Shown: positions 30,549 through 40,962, counted from the first letter of the stretch. The stretch is 64,000 nucleotides of DNA from Bacteroidota bacterium (GCA_040264895.1 JBDQHL010000001.1:15060-79059); one strand, 5' to 3'. Made by a program: numbers and translations. Notes: generated from the sequence alone by a model not told the origin.

Positions 30549-32741
30549 CTATAAATTTATTCCCACTACAAAATATCCCAACAACGGCCCAACAATCACT
30601 TTTTCTGGATCTTTCAGAAAGTAAAAACTTTGTCCCAGTGCAAACCGAGCTGGCCCAATTGGAGTATCGAACGACAACTCAGTGCCCAATCCTTGACGTA
30701 AATTTGCAAACCTTATTTGTTCTGGTTCTTCCCAAACTCCACCTACATCATACCTAAAGGAAGCATAAGTGTCAAAGAATATCTCGAATGGTAGCTTATA
30801 TCTTAGTTCCAATGATGAAACAAATATTTGCCTACCGGTACGCTCAAACTCTCGCATCCCATAGAATTGGTCTTGTCCACCAAGCCCCCAAAATTCAGAT
30901 AGAGGGGTAGTTCTATCTCCAACACCAAACATTATGTATGGGTTAATAGTAAAGCTACTCACTGGTGAAAAATACGAATCTAACTCAACTTCTAATTTAG
31001 AAAAATTGACTGAATTTTCTAAAGATATTAAATTTGATTCAAACTTTATATCTACCAACGAACCAGAAGTAGTAAAGTTAGATTTGTTCTTGTTATCAAT
31101 CAATGCTTTAATAAAGAAAGAACTAACTGAATTAAAATCAACAGGGTCACTTTCAATATTATATGCTCTTTGTTGCTCTAGCTGAAAGCCGAAATTTACC
31201 TTACCAGATTTACTAAAATTACTACCAGTAGAAATGTTGCAACCATAATCCTCCACATTGTAATCGCCAATCTGCTCTCTTTTATAATTGTTGTTCTCCC
31301 CTATGCTCTCACCACCATAAGTTCTATATAATATATTATTATAGTAAGCAGAAAGATTAAAACTGAATGGATAATTAAATACCTTAGGATTACTGATTGA
31401 CATAAGCACACTCTGGTTCCTATTACCACCTGCTAAACCCACCAGTGCGCGGGTACCACTATTTAGGAAGTTTTCGCGAAGTAAATCAATTTCGAGTTGA
31501 GTATTTCTCTCATTATCAACTCTACCACCAAAAAGTACAACCTGATTTCCCTTTTCTTTAACTACTATTTTCAAATCTAACTTGTCTTCACCAACAAGAA
31601 CAGGTATAATTCTTACCTGAGAAAACAACTCTGTTGAATATAAACTCTCCCAATAATTGAATATATCCGCTGTTGTAATAGGATCACCAACACTAACAGG
31701 TGACTCGGCAAGCAAGAACATTTCATCAGTATTATTATTACCTTCTACTATAATGCTGTTTAAAATTAAGGTGTCATTATCTACTGTGTAATTATTTTTG
31801 ATTTTTCTTTTTGGCAATTCGCTGAAATCATAATTATCAATACACTCTTGCCCACGGACAATTATTGAATCCGTCTCATAAAAATCTACATTGCTATATA
31901 GGTCTAACTCTGGTTCAATATAGTAATCACTTAGTTCTTTTGCCTCTTTTTTGTTCGATTCCATAAGGACCGAAACTATCTGATCTGCTATATTTACGGG
32001 GTTGTTTAGTTCATCGTAAGTAAATATCTCAGAGGTAGCATTGACTGTTATTAGATATTTGGGGTTGAATTCTTCAATTGCTTGCTTGACAGGAATATTG
32101 GCTACAGGGCCGCCGTCAATTAAAATCATAGAGTCAAGTGAGACAGGTGTAAACCTAAGTGGTACAGTGGTACTAGCTCTTAGCGCTGTTAAAAGGTCAC
32201 CGCTTTCAAAAACGAAAGGTTTTCCAGAGACAATATCCATAGCGACTGCTCGAAATGGGACTTTCAGACTATCATAATCGCTAACGTATGCAAAGTCTGA
32301 TTCCAATATTTTGCTTTGCAGAAACTCAGAAAAATTATAACCATTACTAATTGCCTGGGGCATTTGAAACTTGTAATCATCGAAGCGAAGTGTAATTAGC
32401 CTTCTATCATAGTATTTTTTCTGATCAATAAACATCTTATTTCTATTGAAGAAATTAGAGATACTCAGCAACTCATCCCAGTCTGCCGAAACCATCATTT
32501 GCTCGATCTCATCAACTGAATAGCCCGCAGCGTAAAGTCCTCCAACAACAGCACCTATGCTCGTACCAACAATATAATCAATCTGTATGTTTTGTTCTTC
32601 TAGCACACGAAGCACACCAATTTGCGATAGCCCCCTTGCTCCACCACCGCTAAGAATCAATGCTGTTCCTACTTTCTCATTAGCGACAGTTGTAAGACTA
32701 CAAATTATTAGAAAGAATAATATGGCTATTTTACGAATCAA
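30549..32741 (-). CDS. patatin-like phospholipase fused to an Omp85/surface-antigen beta-barrel (PlpD-like)
   Basis: 730 aa with an apparent TTG start. Patatin motifs are SGGGARG, GTSIG (GxSxG) and IDGGPVANIP (catalytic Asp). The C-terminal ~300 aa are beta-barrel-like and end GYFVVGINL. Confidence 0.85.
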   Translation of the reverse strand: MIRKIAILFFLIICSLTTVANEKVGTALILSGGGARGLSQIGVLRVLEEQNIQIDYIVGTSIGAVVGGLYAAGYSVDEIEQMMVSADWDELLSISNFFNRNKMFIDQKKYYDRRLITLRFDDYKFQMPQAISNGYNFSEFLQSKILESDFAYVSDYDSLKVPFRAVAMDIVSGKPFVFESGDLLTALRASTTVPLRFTPVSLDSMILIDGGPVANIPVKQAIEEFNPKYLITVNATSEIFTYDELNNPVNIADQIVSVLMESNKKEAKELSDYYIEPELDLYSNVDFYETDSIIVRGQECIDNYDFSELPKRKIKNNYTVDNDTLILNSIIVEGNNNTDEMFLLAESPVSVGDPITTADIFNYWESLYSTELFSQVRIIPVLVGEDKLDLKIVVKEKGNQVVLFGGRVDNERNTQLEIDLLRENFLNSGTRALVGLAGGNRNQSVLMSISNPKVFNYPFSFNLSAYYNNILYRTYGGESIGENNNYKREQIGDYNVEDYGCNISTGSNFSKSGKVNFGFQLEQQRAYNIESDPVDFNSVSSFFIKALIDNKNKSNFTTSGSLVDIKFESNLISLENSVNFSKLEVELDSYFSPVSSFTINPYIMFGVGDRTTPLSEFWGLGGQDQFYGMREFERTGRQIFVSSLELRYKLPFEIFFDTYASFRYDVGGVWEEPEQIRFANLRQGLGTELSFDTPIGPARFALGQSFYFLKDPEKVIVGPLLGYFVVGINL

Positions 32742-33292
32742 CAGTTATAAACTATCTCCTTAGCTATCTCTCTAGACTCCTCTTCACCTGACAACTTTTC
32801 TATTATTTTAAGAGTGAATTCGATGGCTGTACCAGCTCCACGCGATGTAATTATATTTCCATCGACTACCACATTCTCCTCGGAGTAATTCTCATGATTT
32901 ATCTCGTTATAAACATCAGGAAAACAAGTTAATCTAGTATCATTATTTACTATACTATGTTTGACTAATATCTTGGGAGCAGCACAAATAGCACAAATCA
33001 AATTACCTTCTGATTTATTATGTTTTAATAGACTAATTAGGTTGTCATCTTCCATCAGACCATCTACCCCCCTGCTTCCACCTGGTAAAACTATGGCACC
33101 AAAGTTTTCATCATCTGCTATATCACTCAATGGCCTATCGGGAACTATCTTAATTCCTCTGGAGCAAGTTACTATATCATTATCGCCAGCAACGACTACA
33201 TTAATATCCGCGCGCCTAAGCAAATCAACTATTATAACTGCCTCCATTTCTTCGCTTCCATAAGCTAAAGGCACTAATGCACTCTTTTCCAT
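32738..33292 (-). CDS. DJ-1/PfpI family protein
   Basis: 184 aa. The nucleophile-elbow motif is LICAICAAP, with VLPGG upstream. Confidence 0.85.
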   Translation of the reverse strand: MEKSALVPLAYGSEEMEAVIIVDLLRRADINVVVAGDNDIVTCSRGIKIVPDRPLSDIADDENFGAIVLPGGSRGVDGLMEDDNLISLLKHNKSEGNLICAICAAPKILVKHSIVNNDTRLTCFPDVYNEINHENYSEENVVVDGNIITSRGAGTAIEFTLKIIEKLSGEEESREIAKEIVYNC

Positions 33293-33392
33293 TGTAATTA
33301 TCCCAGAAATTAAATATCTTTATTAATTATGTCGATTGTTATAACTAAGAAATTAACTATTTTTTGCTGCTTTTAAAATCTAATATCAGAAA

Positions 33393-33665
33393 ATGACTGT
33401 TAAAAACGAAAAAATTGAAGCTGAAGAATGGGCAGAAAAAGGTGAAAACTTTTTACGTTCTGAGAATTATGCTAATGCATTGGAAGACTAAACACTAGCC
33501 TTAGAAATAGAACCACGTTCACCACATGATTTTCTGAATAGAGGACTTATTTAAAATTCACAAAGTAAATACAAAAATGCAAAAATTGATTTCGAGAAAT
33601 TTCACCACGAGGTAAGATGTCAAAAATGTAGTAGACAATGGTTAGCAGCAAAACAAAACAGGTAA
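33393..33665 (+). pseudogene. TPR-repeat protein remnant with two in-frame TAA codons
   Basis: A single frame reads MTVKNEKIEAEEWAEKGENFLRSENYANALED*TLALEIEPRSPHDFLNRGLI*NSQSKYKNAKIDFEKF... The stops are at 33489-33491 and 33552-33554, positions where the TPR consensus usually has Tyr or Phe. Confidence 0.6.
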
Positions 33666-33689
33666 AATTGATTAGTTTATAGCTATCTA

Positions 33690-34637
33690 CTATTGCATCT
33701 CTGCTATAAGTTCTTGCCCCATTGTTAGAGCACCAATTAGAGCAGTAGATTTTGCTTCTATAAGATTTAGCTCCTTTTGCTTACTTACTTTTTCTCTTAG
33801 TTTATCAGCTAATAAGGTATCGTTTTCTACTATACCACCCATAAGTGCAACATCTATTTTTTTCTTTTTGAATTGCGACACCAGGGCCATAGGTAATTCA
33901 AGTAAATGATCAGCTGAGCGATTAATTATATCTAAGCAAACTTTATCTCCATCTACGGCACATTCCATAACAAATGGGGAAAGTGAGTGATATTGAATGG
34001 CACCCTCGGTGTAAGCTTTTACTATTGTTCTAGGTTGATCTATATTGATACTATGATATGCATCTGCAATAATATCAGTAAGTGCAGTGTATTCACCCCT
34101 TCCATCTATAGCTCTTACCACTGCGGTAAGTCCTTCTCTGCCTATCCATGCGCCACTTCCTTCGTCATCTAATTCAATTCCCCAACCACCGCAACGAACT
34201 AATTCGCCACCGTTTGGGTTACCTAGAGCAATGGAACCAGTCCCAATAATTGTTATAATTCCTTCTTTTCCTTCAAATGCACCACGTAGTGCAATTTCAG
34301 CATCTGAAGTAACAATCAAATCAGAAAAATGAAAATCATGCCCTCTACCTAGAGTCTTCAGTAATCTAGCAGAACGTTGTTTTTCTTCTTCTAGCCATAC
34401 TCCAGCAAGGCCCACGACTACTGCATCTACTTCACTTGATTCAATTTCAGCTTGTTGACACAGATCTAATATAACATTTAGTGTTCTTTCGCAAGATTCA
34501 CCAACACCGACAGCACCCACACGAGTAGTACCAGATTTTGATTCAGCAACTATTTTGCCCTCTCTTAGTAAAATACCCCTTGTTCTGGTGCCGCCTCCAT
34601 CTATGCCAATTATAGTAAAGTCTTTGTTGAATTTCAT
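33690..34637 (-). CDS. BadF/BadG/BcrA/BcrD-type ATPase (N-acetylglucosamine kinase-like)
   Basis: 315 aa with the N-terminal phosphate-1 motif IGIDGGGTRTRG and a later GTGS. Confidence 0.8.
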   Translation of the reverse strand: MKFNKDFTIIGIDGGGTRTRGILLREGKIVAESKSGTTRVGAVGVGESCERTLNVILDLCQQAEIESSEVDAVVVGLAGVWLEEEKQRSARLLKTLGRGHDFHFSDLIVTSDAEIALRGAFEGKEGIITIIGTGSIALGNPNGGELVRCGGWGIELDDEGSGAWIGREGLTAVVRAIDGRGEYTALTDIIADAYHSINIDQPRTIVKAYTEGAIQYHSLSPFVMECAVDGDKVCLDIINRSADHLLELPMALVSQFKKKKIDVALMGGIVENDTLLADKLREKVSKQKELNLIEAKSTALIGALTMGQELIAEMQ

Positions 34638-34748
34638 TTATTTTCTCGACTGATTTTCATTTTTAGTTTTATTCTTTTAATTATGTTAGTACTTGTCAAA
34701 TACTATGCCATAGAATAAAAAAAGAAAAACAATCTTATAGTTCTTGTA

Positions 34749-35531
34749 TTAGTCGCCTTTTGGGGGTGTCCAACCTTCACGAGTCCACTCTATCAGTTCT
34801 ATATGAACCTTACCTACATATATATTCATTTTTGCAACAACAGGTATACTAGCGTCATCATCAGAGAACCAGCCTTCGAATCTACCACTAAGCCCATATA
34901 GTCCTTCCCAGTCGGCCTGACCGTCGAAATACTTAGTTCTTATTGGGTATTCTACTGCATCAATTTCAACCGACTCTATTTCATTTCTGAAATTAAGCTT
35001 TGTATCGAATATTTGACCGTTAATTATAGTAGGCACCATAATCGATCTTTTCAGTCCAGTGTATTGACGAGCTAGGTAAAATAATGAAGAACCATCATTT
35101 ATTTTTTTCTCTATATCAATTGTATCTTCTTTTTGTAGCTCTTTATTCTCCCAGACTTTTTGGTGTATTTCCATTTCGTCATAGTCCATAAGCAACTGCA
35201 TATACTCCCATTTTTCATCACCTTTTTTCATATTTGATGTGAACTTATGCGAATGGTTAATTGACTCATCTAACCATGATTTAAAAGTAGCTTTTAAATC
35301 TACAAATGGTATTCCGTCATACGTTGCTATGTCTGCTTTTACATTGTACACTTTTTTATCATTGTACTCTGATTCATCTTCTATAGACATTTCAATAGTT
35401 CCTAAGCTAACTCCGAGGAAAGACACTTCATACTTTAAGTACTCACCCTTCTTCATTATTTCTTTGGGTCCTGCATAGCTACTACTTATTGCAAAAAGAG
35501 CTATTAATAGTGTTGTTATAATTTTCTTCAT
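34749..35531 (-). CDS. DUF3108-like secreted protein
   Basis: 260 aa with a signal peptide. The GEYLKYEVSFLGVSLGTIEM start is typical of DUF3108 proteins as I recall them. Confidence 0.5.
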   Translation of the reverse strand: MKKIITTLLIALFAISSSYAGPKEIMKKGEYLKYEVSFLGVSLGTIEMSIEDESEYNDKKVYNVKADIATYDGIPFVDLKATFKSWLDESINHSHKFTSNMKKGDEKWEYMQLLMDYDEMEIHQKVWENKELQKEDTIDIEKKINDGSSLFYLARQYTGLKRSIMVPTIINGQIFDTKLNFRNEIESVEIDAVEYPIRTKYFDGQADWEGLYGLSGRFEGWFSDDDASIPVVAKMNIYVGKVHIELIEWTREGWTPPKGD

Positions 35532-35611
35532 TTTCTATTTATTTCCCTAATATAAAAAAACGGCTTCTCGTAAATCGAGAAGCCGCAAATTATGATATTT
35601 TTAAATTTATT

Positions 35612-37330
35612 TTACTTTAAACTTGATATTTTCATTGCTTCATCGAATAGGTTTTTAGCTTTATTCAGCTGTCTATCTAATACGCTTAGAACTTGCAATT
35701 GTTCGTTTCTGTCCCAAACAATCTTTGCTATAGTCGATTTCATATAAACTTTTAACAATTCTCTATCTTTTTCGATATCTTCTTCTACAATTTCAATTTC
35801 TTTAGCCTCTGATATATCTATTAGCTTTTCTATCATATCATCATTTATTTCATAATCATTAAAGAAAGCGTTGAAGTTATTCTCATATTTCTTTTTGAAT
35901 TCTACTCCCTCGTCACTTCTTAAAAAGTCATAAGTATAATCATAGAATATACGCTTCATTCTCATAGACACAACTGTTTCAGTCAGCTTACTTGTATCCC
36001 TCTTGATAACATAATCTGGAGTAATACCGCCACCACCTAATACAGGCCTTCCACTTCTAGTATGGAAAATAGGAATTGTATCCATTTCAGTTTTGTCTGT
36101 TATTTCTTCTTTATCTTTTATTTCTTCAGAAGGATTAACTATATAAGTCTCACCATCCATTTCCACATATTTGGATTTCATATTTTCTAAGCTGTGCTGC
36201 ATATTAGCACCTTCATTCAAGTCCATTCTACCAACTAAGTTTCTGTAATCATCTTTATCTTCGAAAGGTCTTTGTATTGAGCGACCCGAAGGAGTATAAT
36301 AATAAGAGATAGTCAACCTGAATGCGCTTCCATCGCCTATTGGGTATTGTCTTTGTACTAAACCTTTACCGTAAGAAGTTTCACCTACAACTAAAGCTCT
36401 GTCCAGATCTTGCATTGAACCAGAAACAATTTCACTTGCAGAAGCACTACCAGCATTAATCATCACAATTAGTGGAATGTCTTCTAAGCTACCATTAGCA
36501 GATGATTGGTAAACTTCGTTAAATTGTGGTTTTCTACCTTGTGTGTAAACAATAGTATCGCCAGCTTTCAGGAATTCGTCAGCCATATAGAATGCTTGTG
36601 TTAAGTAACCACCTGGGTTTCCACGCAAATCCAATATTAGCTTTTTCATACCATCTTTCTTCAAGTTTTGAACCGCTTGCATCATTTCAGCATGAGTTTT
36701 AGCAGCGAACCTGTTTATGCTCATATAACCAATTTCTTCATCAACCATATAGCTTGCATCGACTGTTTCAATAGGGATTTTATCTCTAATGATATCAAAG
36801 TGGAGCAATTCTTTTTCTCCATAACGAACAATATCAACAGCTACTTTTGTTCCTTTTGGACCTTTTAGTAACTTAGGTACTTCCGATCTGTCTATTCCAA
36901 CAGCATCACCATCATCTATTTTAACAATCTTATCGCCAGCCATAATACCTAATTCTTCACTTGGTCCACCAGCAATTGGTGATACTACAGTGATTGTATC
37001 TTCCAGCATATCGAATTCTATACCAATACCTTCGAATTCACCTGAGAAGTTTTCCGTTACTTTTTCCATTTCTTCTTTACTAATGTAAACAGAGTGGACA
37101 TCTAGTCCTTCTAGTAACCCCTTAATCGCAGCTTCACTTAGCTCTTCGGGAGTCTTTTCTGAAACATAATTACTATATGCCATATTGAAAACATACTGGA
37201 ACTTTTTAAGTTCTTCGTATATGTTATCACCTGATATGGCTGTGTTCAGTAGGATACCAAAAAATGCACCCATTGACACTAAACTTAAAACTAGTACAAT
37301 TTTTTTCATTATCGTGTATTTTCCTTTCAT
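35612..37330 (-). CDS. S41 family C-terminal processing peptidase
   Basis: 572 aa. The PDZ segment is GIEFDMLEDTITVVSPIAGGPSEELGIMAGDKIVKIDD. Other motifs are LDLRGNPGGYL, the catalytic region GSASASEIVSG, and GKGLVQ. Confidence 0.92.
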   Translation of the reverse strand: MKGKYTIMKKIVLVLSLVSMGAFFGILLNTAISGDNIYEELKKFQYVFNMAYSNYVSEKTPEELSEAAIKGLLEGLDVHSVYISKEEMEKVTENFSGEFEGIGIEFDMLEDTITVVSPIAGGPSEELGIMAGDKIVKIDDGDAVGIDRSEVPKLLKGPKGTKVAVDIVRYGEKELLHFDIIRDKIPIETVDASYMVDEEIGYMSINRFAAKTHAEMMQAVQNLKKDGMKKLILDLRGNPGGYLTQAFYMADEFLKAGDTIVYTQGRKPQFNEVYQSSANGSLEDIPLIVMINAGSASASEIVSGSMQDLDRALVVGETSYGKGLVQRQYPIGDGSAFRLTISYYYTPSGRSIQRPFEDKDDYRNLVGRMDLNEGANMQHSLENMKSKYVEMDGETYIVNPSEEIKDKEEITDKTEMDTIPIFHTRSGRPVLGGGGITPDYVIKRDTSKLTETVVSMRMKRIFYDYTYDFLRSDEGVEFKKKYENNFNAFFNDYEINDDMIEKLIDISEAKEIEIVEEDIEKDRELLKVYMKSTIAKIVWDRNEQLQVLSVLDRQLNKAKNLFDEAMKISSLK

Positions 37331-37410
37331 AATTTATTTATGATAATATAAGACTAAAACGGAGTTTATAGTTGATAATTACGTTCAGTTGCTAATTTAA
37401 GCAACTTTCA

Positions 37411-40344
37411 TCACTTATTAATGAGCAACTTCTGAGTAATACGATTTTCTTCAGAAATAATTTCAATTATATAATTTCCTGTTGGCATTTCTGATAAATC
37501 AAGGTTGATATTGTAGTCTCCCTTTTGCAATACTTCATTCAAATATCTAAATCTTTCGCCATTATTACTAATCAAATCTATTGTAGTGTTCCTGGTTTTA
37601 TCAACGCTTACTACCATATTGACTTGCTCGCCAGTTGGGTTTGGATATGCAGCTTCAACACTAAAAATGAATGGGACATTGTCAAACCTTATCCTGTATT
37701 CATAATCACATTTTGAGTCAGAGAAAGTTACTACTTCTTCAGTCTTGCCTTGCACTACTATGTCTTTCTCCAAACAATTGAATGTCATTTGAATTAAGTC
37801 TGCAATGTTATTTTCTGTTGGTTCATCGTCATAAAAACAGATAATCAAAGGAAGTGACGTATCTGGTGGTATAACCAATGGCAGTTGTGACTGAGGTATG
37901 AAGAAATTAAATTTATCTCTAAGAGAAATCTGTTCCAATGTTATCGGCAATAGGCCTTTGTTTTCAACCATAACAGATTGGCATGTAGAATTACCTATTG
38001 ACGTTGCTGGCAATATAACTGCATCTCCATTTGTGTTATTAACAAAATCTGCTGTGAACCCTTGTAATACACCACTATAAAGAGTGTCATTGCCTACCAA
38101 ATCTTCAAATAGTATAGTGTATGTGCCATCCTTCATGGGGTCAATAAGTTCAAGACCTAGTTCAATATTATCCAAGTCGTTTCTTATTTCAGAGATCGCA
38201 ATGTTATCAGATTCGATTTGTTCATATTTTCCAAAGCCATATTGTGTTCCTAATGATTCACTAGCTAATAATGTTCTATCTCCACATTCTAAGTTAGTTT
38301 GAGTTAATTCAGGTGGGCTTTTATCTTCAGGTAAAAAGAAACTAACTATACCTAAATCTTCCTCGAAACAGTCATTTCCTAATCTAAGTGTATCTGTAAA
38401 AACTCCAAATTCTAACTCCGATTCATAGCAAACTTGAAATGTATAAGAAGCTCCAGCTGCCAATGTATTTGGCACTTGAGTCATTGTAAATTTATCATTG
38501 GATACAAGTTTCAAATCTTCTATTGATTTGTCGGTAATACCATAATTTGTGATTGTTATATTTTGGCAATATGTTCTAAATGGCTTAACGGTATCTGTTT
38601 CTAATTCTGCAAACTCATAGCTACCTGTATTAGATATAGTTAGCGTGAAACCCTCAATTATTATGGTCTCTGACGTTTTAGAGCCATCTACATCCTTAGC
38701 ATAGAATTCGACAATTCCGTCATTATATTTATTAATCAAAGTTAGACTTGCAGAGTAATTTTCAGAATCGTCATTTAGCACTTCAATATCCATATTCTGA
38801 TTTTCTGTAAATACAATTGAATCCAAACCAGTATCTTGCGACAGCTCTTCGGTGAAACCAAAGCTTGCTATTTCACAATCTCCAGAGAGAAAACTATATT
38901 CGGGTGGTGTCCAGTCGGTTTCCTCTAATCCAAGACCTCCTACGTAGCCATACGAATCGGTTTGACCGTAGCCATATATACAAATCCCAAAAGTAGTGTC
39001 CGCTTTTATATTATGCCCACCAGGGCTAACCAATATATTTGCATACGAGTAATCAATACCTAATACTGGTTGAAAATCAGCATCCACTGGGTTGTTGTCT
39101 ATTCTTAGAGAGTTTATATCTTCAGTAGGCATTATCACTGAAACATAATGCTTGTCGTAATTAGGCAAATCAACATTTACAAAATTATATTCTCTTAAAA
39201 ACTGTAGTTTTGGTGGGAATAATACCATAAATGGGTCACTATCACTAGCAGAGAATTGCCCAGAATTAGTTCTTGAAGACCTTTTGTACAAGCTCGCTCT
39301 GATTGGCTTGTCTCCTTCTATATAGAATGGTTCATTTATATTACGAGTTATAACATCACCTTGGTTCATTGTAGCATACTCATCACCACCAACGTAAAGC
39401 GTTGTGTTGTCGTAGGCAACAGTGATTCGGTTTAAATCTGACTCATTGCTTGGTATTACATCAGGATCAGCAAATGGAACTACAAATACATCCCTTCCCC
39501 ATGATTCCAATGGTATCATTTGAGAAAGTAAAAAATCTCTTGAACCAACTTTGTCAAAAGGGATATTTGCTCTTTGTTGTCCGCCAAAAACGGCAACTGG
39601 TTTGTCAGAAATAATTCTTGTTCCTGTTAAATCAGAATTCCCTGAGCTAGTTGTCCCGTTTATTATGTCTGCTTGAACCAGATAGACTTCACCTCTATCA
39701 AGGACTATAGTTTGTTTATCGGTTCCATTTCTGAATGTACTAGTTGTTGGGTTTATATCTACAGTAGTCTCATCCTCAGTTCCAACCACACAAAATTGTG
39801 AAGGTGTAGTTCCAAAATAGCCAAAGGTAGAATTAAAATTTGACTCATAGGAAAAGACAAAATAATTCTTACCCAAAGCATCCACAGGATAAACAAGACA
39901 TGCGTCGCTCGAAAATTCTGCTTCGCTGTGAATAACCACTGCTACATCCTCATCTGATGTTACTTGAAAAGTTTTTTCGCTTATTCTTTCAGTTTCTCCA
40001 CCATCAAAGTTTCGTCTACCCGAGGTATTTTGACCAGTAAGTTCACCAGTTCTTGCATTGATAAATATCTTAGCTATACCATTGGGTTGGTCTATTGTGA
40101 AAGGTTCTACTTGTGGTGTACCAAATCTATTTCTATAGTTTAACTCCCCACTAGTAGGTGTTTGACTTGTGATAAATATTATAACCTGATCGTTATCAAT
40201 ACCATCATTATGGAAATTAGGCATAAAAGCGAAGTAAAATTCTTTACCATAATTATCAATAGCCTCGTTTTGGGCATCAACTGAGTTTAAGCTCAAAAAC
40301 AAAGATATTTGAATAATAAATAGTAGTTTTGTAATCATTTTCAT
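37411..40344 (-). CDS. large secreted adhesin-like protein with a T9SS C-terminal sorting domain
   Basis: 977 aa with a signal peptide. The N-terminal block YGKEFYFAFMPNFHN...IIFITSQTPTSG resembles the IgGFc-binding-like N-terminal domain seen in Bacteroidota surface proteins. The CTD is AAYPNPTGEQVNMVVS...IDLISNNGERF...GNYIIEIISEENRITQKLLINK. Confidence 0.75.
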   Translation of the reverse strand: MKMITKLLFIIQISLFLSLNSVDAQNEAIDNYGKEFYFAFMPNFHNDGIDNDQVIIFITSQTPTSGELNYRNRFGTPQVEPFTIDQPNGIAKIFINARTGELTGQNTSGRRNFDGGETERISEKTFQVTSDEDVAVVIHSEAEFSSDACLVYPVDALGKNYFVFSYESNFNSTFGYFGTTPSQFCVVGTEDETTVDINPTTSTFRNGTDKQTIVLDRGEVYLVQADIINGTTSSGNSDLTGTRIISDKPVAVFGGQQRANIPFDKVGSRDFLLSQMIPLESWGRDVFVVPFADPDVIPSNESDLNRITVAYDNTTLYVGGDEYATMNQGDVITRNINEPFYIEGDKPIRASLYKRSSRTNSGQFSASDSDPFMVLFPPKLQFLREYNFVNVDLPNYDKHYVSVIMPTEDINSLRIDNNPVDADFQPVLGIDYSYANILVSPGGHNIKADTTFGICIYGYGQTDSYGYVGGLGLEETDWTPPEYSFLSGDCEIASFGFTEELSQDTGLDSIVFTENQNMDIEVLNDDSENYSASLTLINKYNDGIVEFYAKDVDGSKTSETIIIEGFTLTISNTGSYEFAELETDTVKPFRTYCQNITITNYGITDKSIEDLKLVSNDKFTMTQVPNTLAAGASYTFQVCYESELEFGVFTDTLRLGNDCFEEDLGIVSFFLPEDKSPPELTQTNLECGDRTLLASESLGTQYGFGKYEQIESDNIAISEIRNDLDNIELGLELIDPMKDGTYTILFEDLVGNDTLYSGVLQGFTADFVNNTNGDAVILPATSIGNSTCQSVMVENKGLLPITLEQISLRDKFNFFIPQSQLPLVIPPDTSLPLIICFYDDEPTENNIADLIQMTFNCLEKDIVVQGKTEEVVTFSDSKCDYEYRIRFDNVPFIFSVEAAYPNPTGEQVNMVVSVDKTRNTTIDLISNNGERFRYLNEVLQKGDYNINLDLSEMPTGNYIIEIISEENRITQKLLINK

Positions 40345-40368
40345 TGTAATACACTTATATAATAGTAT

Positions 40369-40920
40369 ATGAAGAAATTAACCTATGAAGAACTATTAGT
40401 AGAAAGAAAGACTATAGATGAAGCCAAATCATCTGCGCGTCACCCTATCAGCATAATTGTTGACAATGTAAGAAGTATATACAATGTCGGTTCTATATTT
40501 AGAACTTCCGATTCGGCAGCTCTAGAAAAGCTTTACCTTTGTGGTTTAACTCCTCATCCTCCACGTGAAGAAATATCGAAAACCGCCTTAGACGCCGAAA
40601 AGACTGTACCTTGGCAATATTTCGAAAAAACTACGGATGCTGTGCTTGAAGCTAAAAAGAAAGGCAACACTGTCATCGCTTTAGAATTGACTGACAAACA
40701 CAGAAATTATACGTCTCTCAAAAAAACAGAATTCCCACTAACAATAGTAGTTGGTAATGAACTAACCGGTATCGATAACGAAGTGTTATCACTATGCGAT
40801 GATGTTGTAGAAATACCAATGCATGGTGTAAAACATTCGCTCAATGTTAGCGTCAGTACCGGAATCATGCTTTTTGAAGCACTGAATAAATATCTTAATT
40901 ATTTTTCGAAAGAACTATAA
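40369..40920 (+). CDS. SpoU/TrmH family RNA 2'-O-methyltransferase
   Basis: 183 aa with the motifs NVGSIFRTSD, VVGNELTGI and IPMHGVKHSLNVSVSTGIMLFE (SPOUT knot). Confidence 0.85.
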   Translation: MKKLTYEELLVERKTIDEAKSSARHPISIIVDNVRSIYNVGSIFRTSDSAALEKLYLCGLTPHPPREEISKTALDAEKTVPWQYFEKTTDAVLEAKKKGNTVIALELTDKHRNYTSLKKTEFPLTIVVGNELTGIDNEVLSLCDDVVEIPMHGVKHSLNVSVSTGIMLFEALNKYLNYFSKEL

Positions 40921-40962
40921 ATAACTAACAATAAAGAATACTAATAAGTTACAATATTTTAC

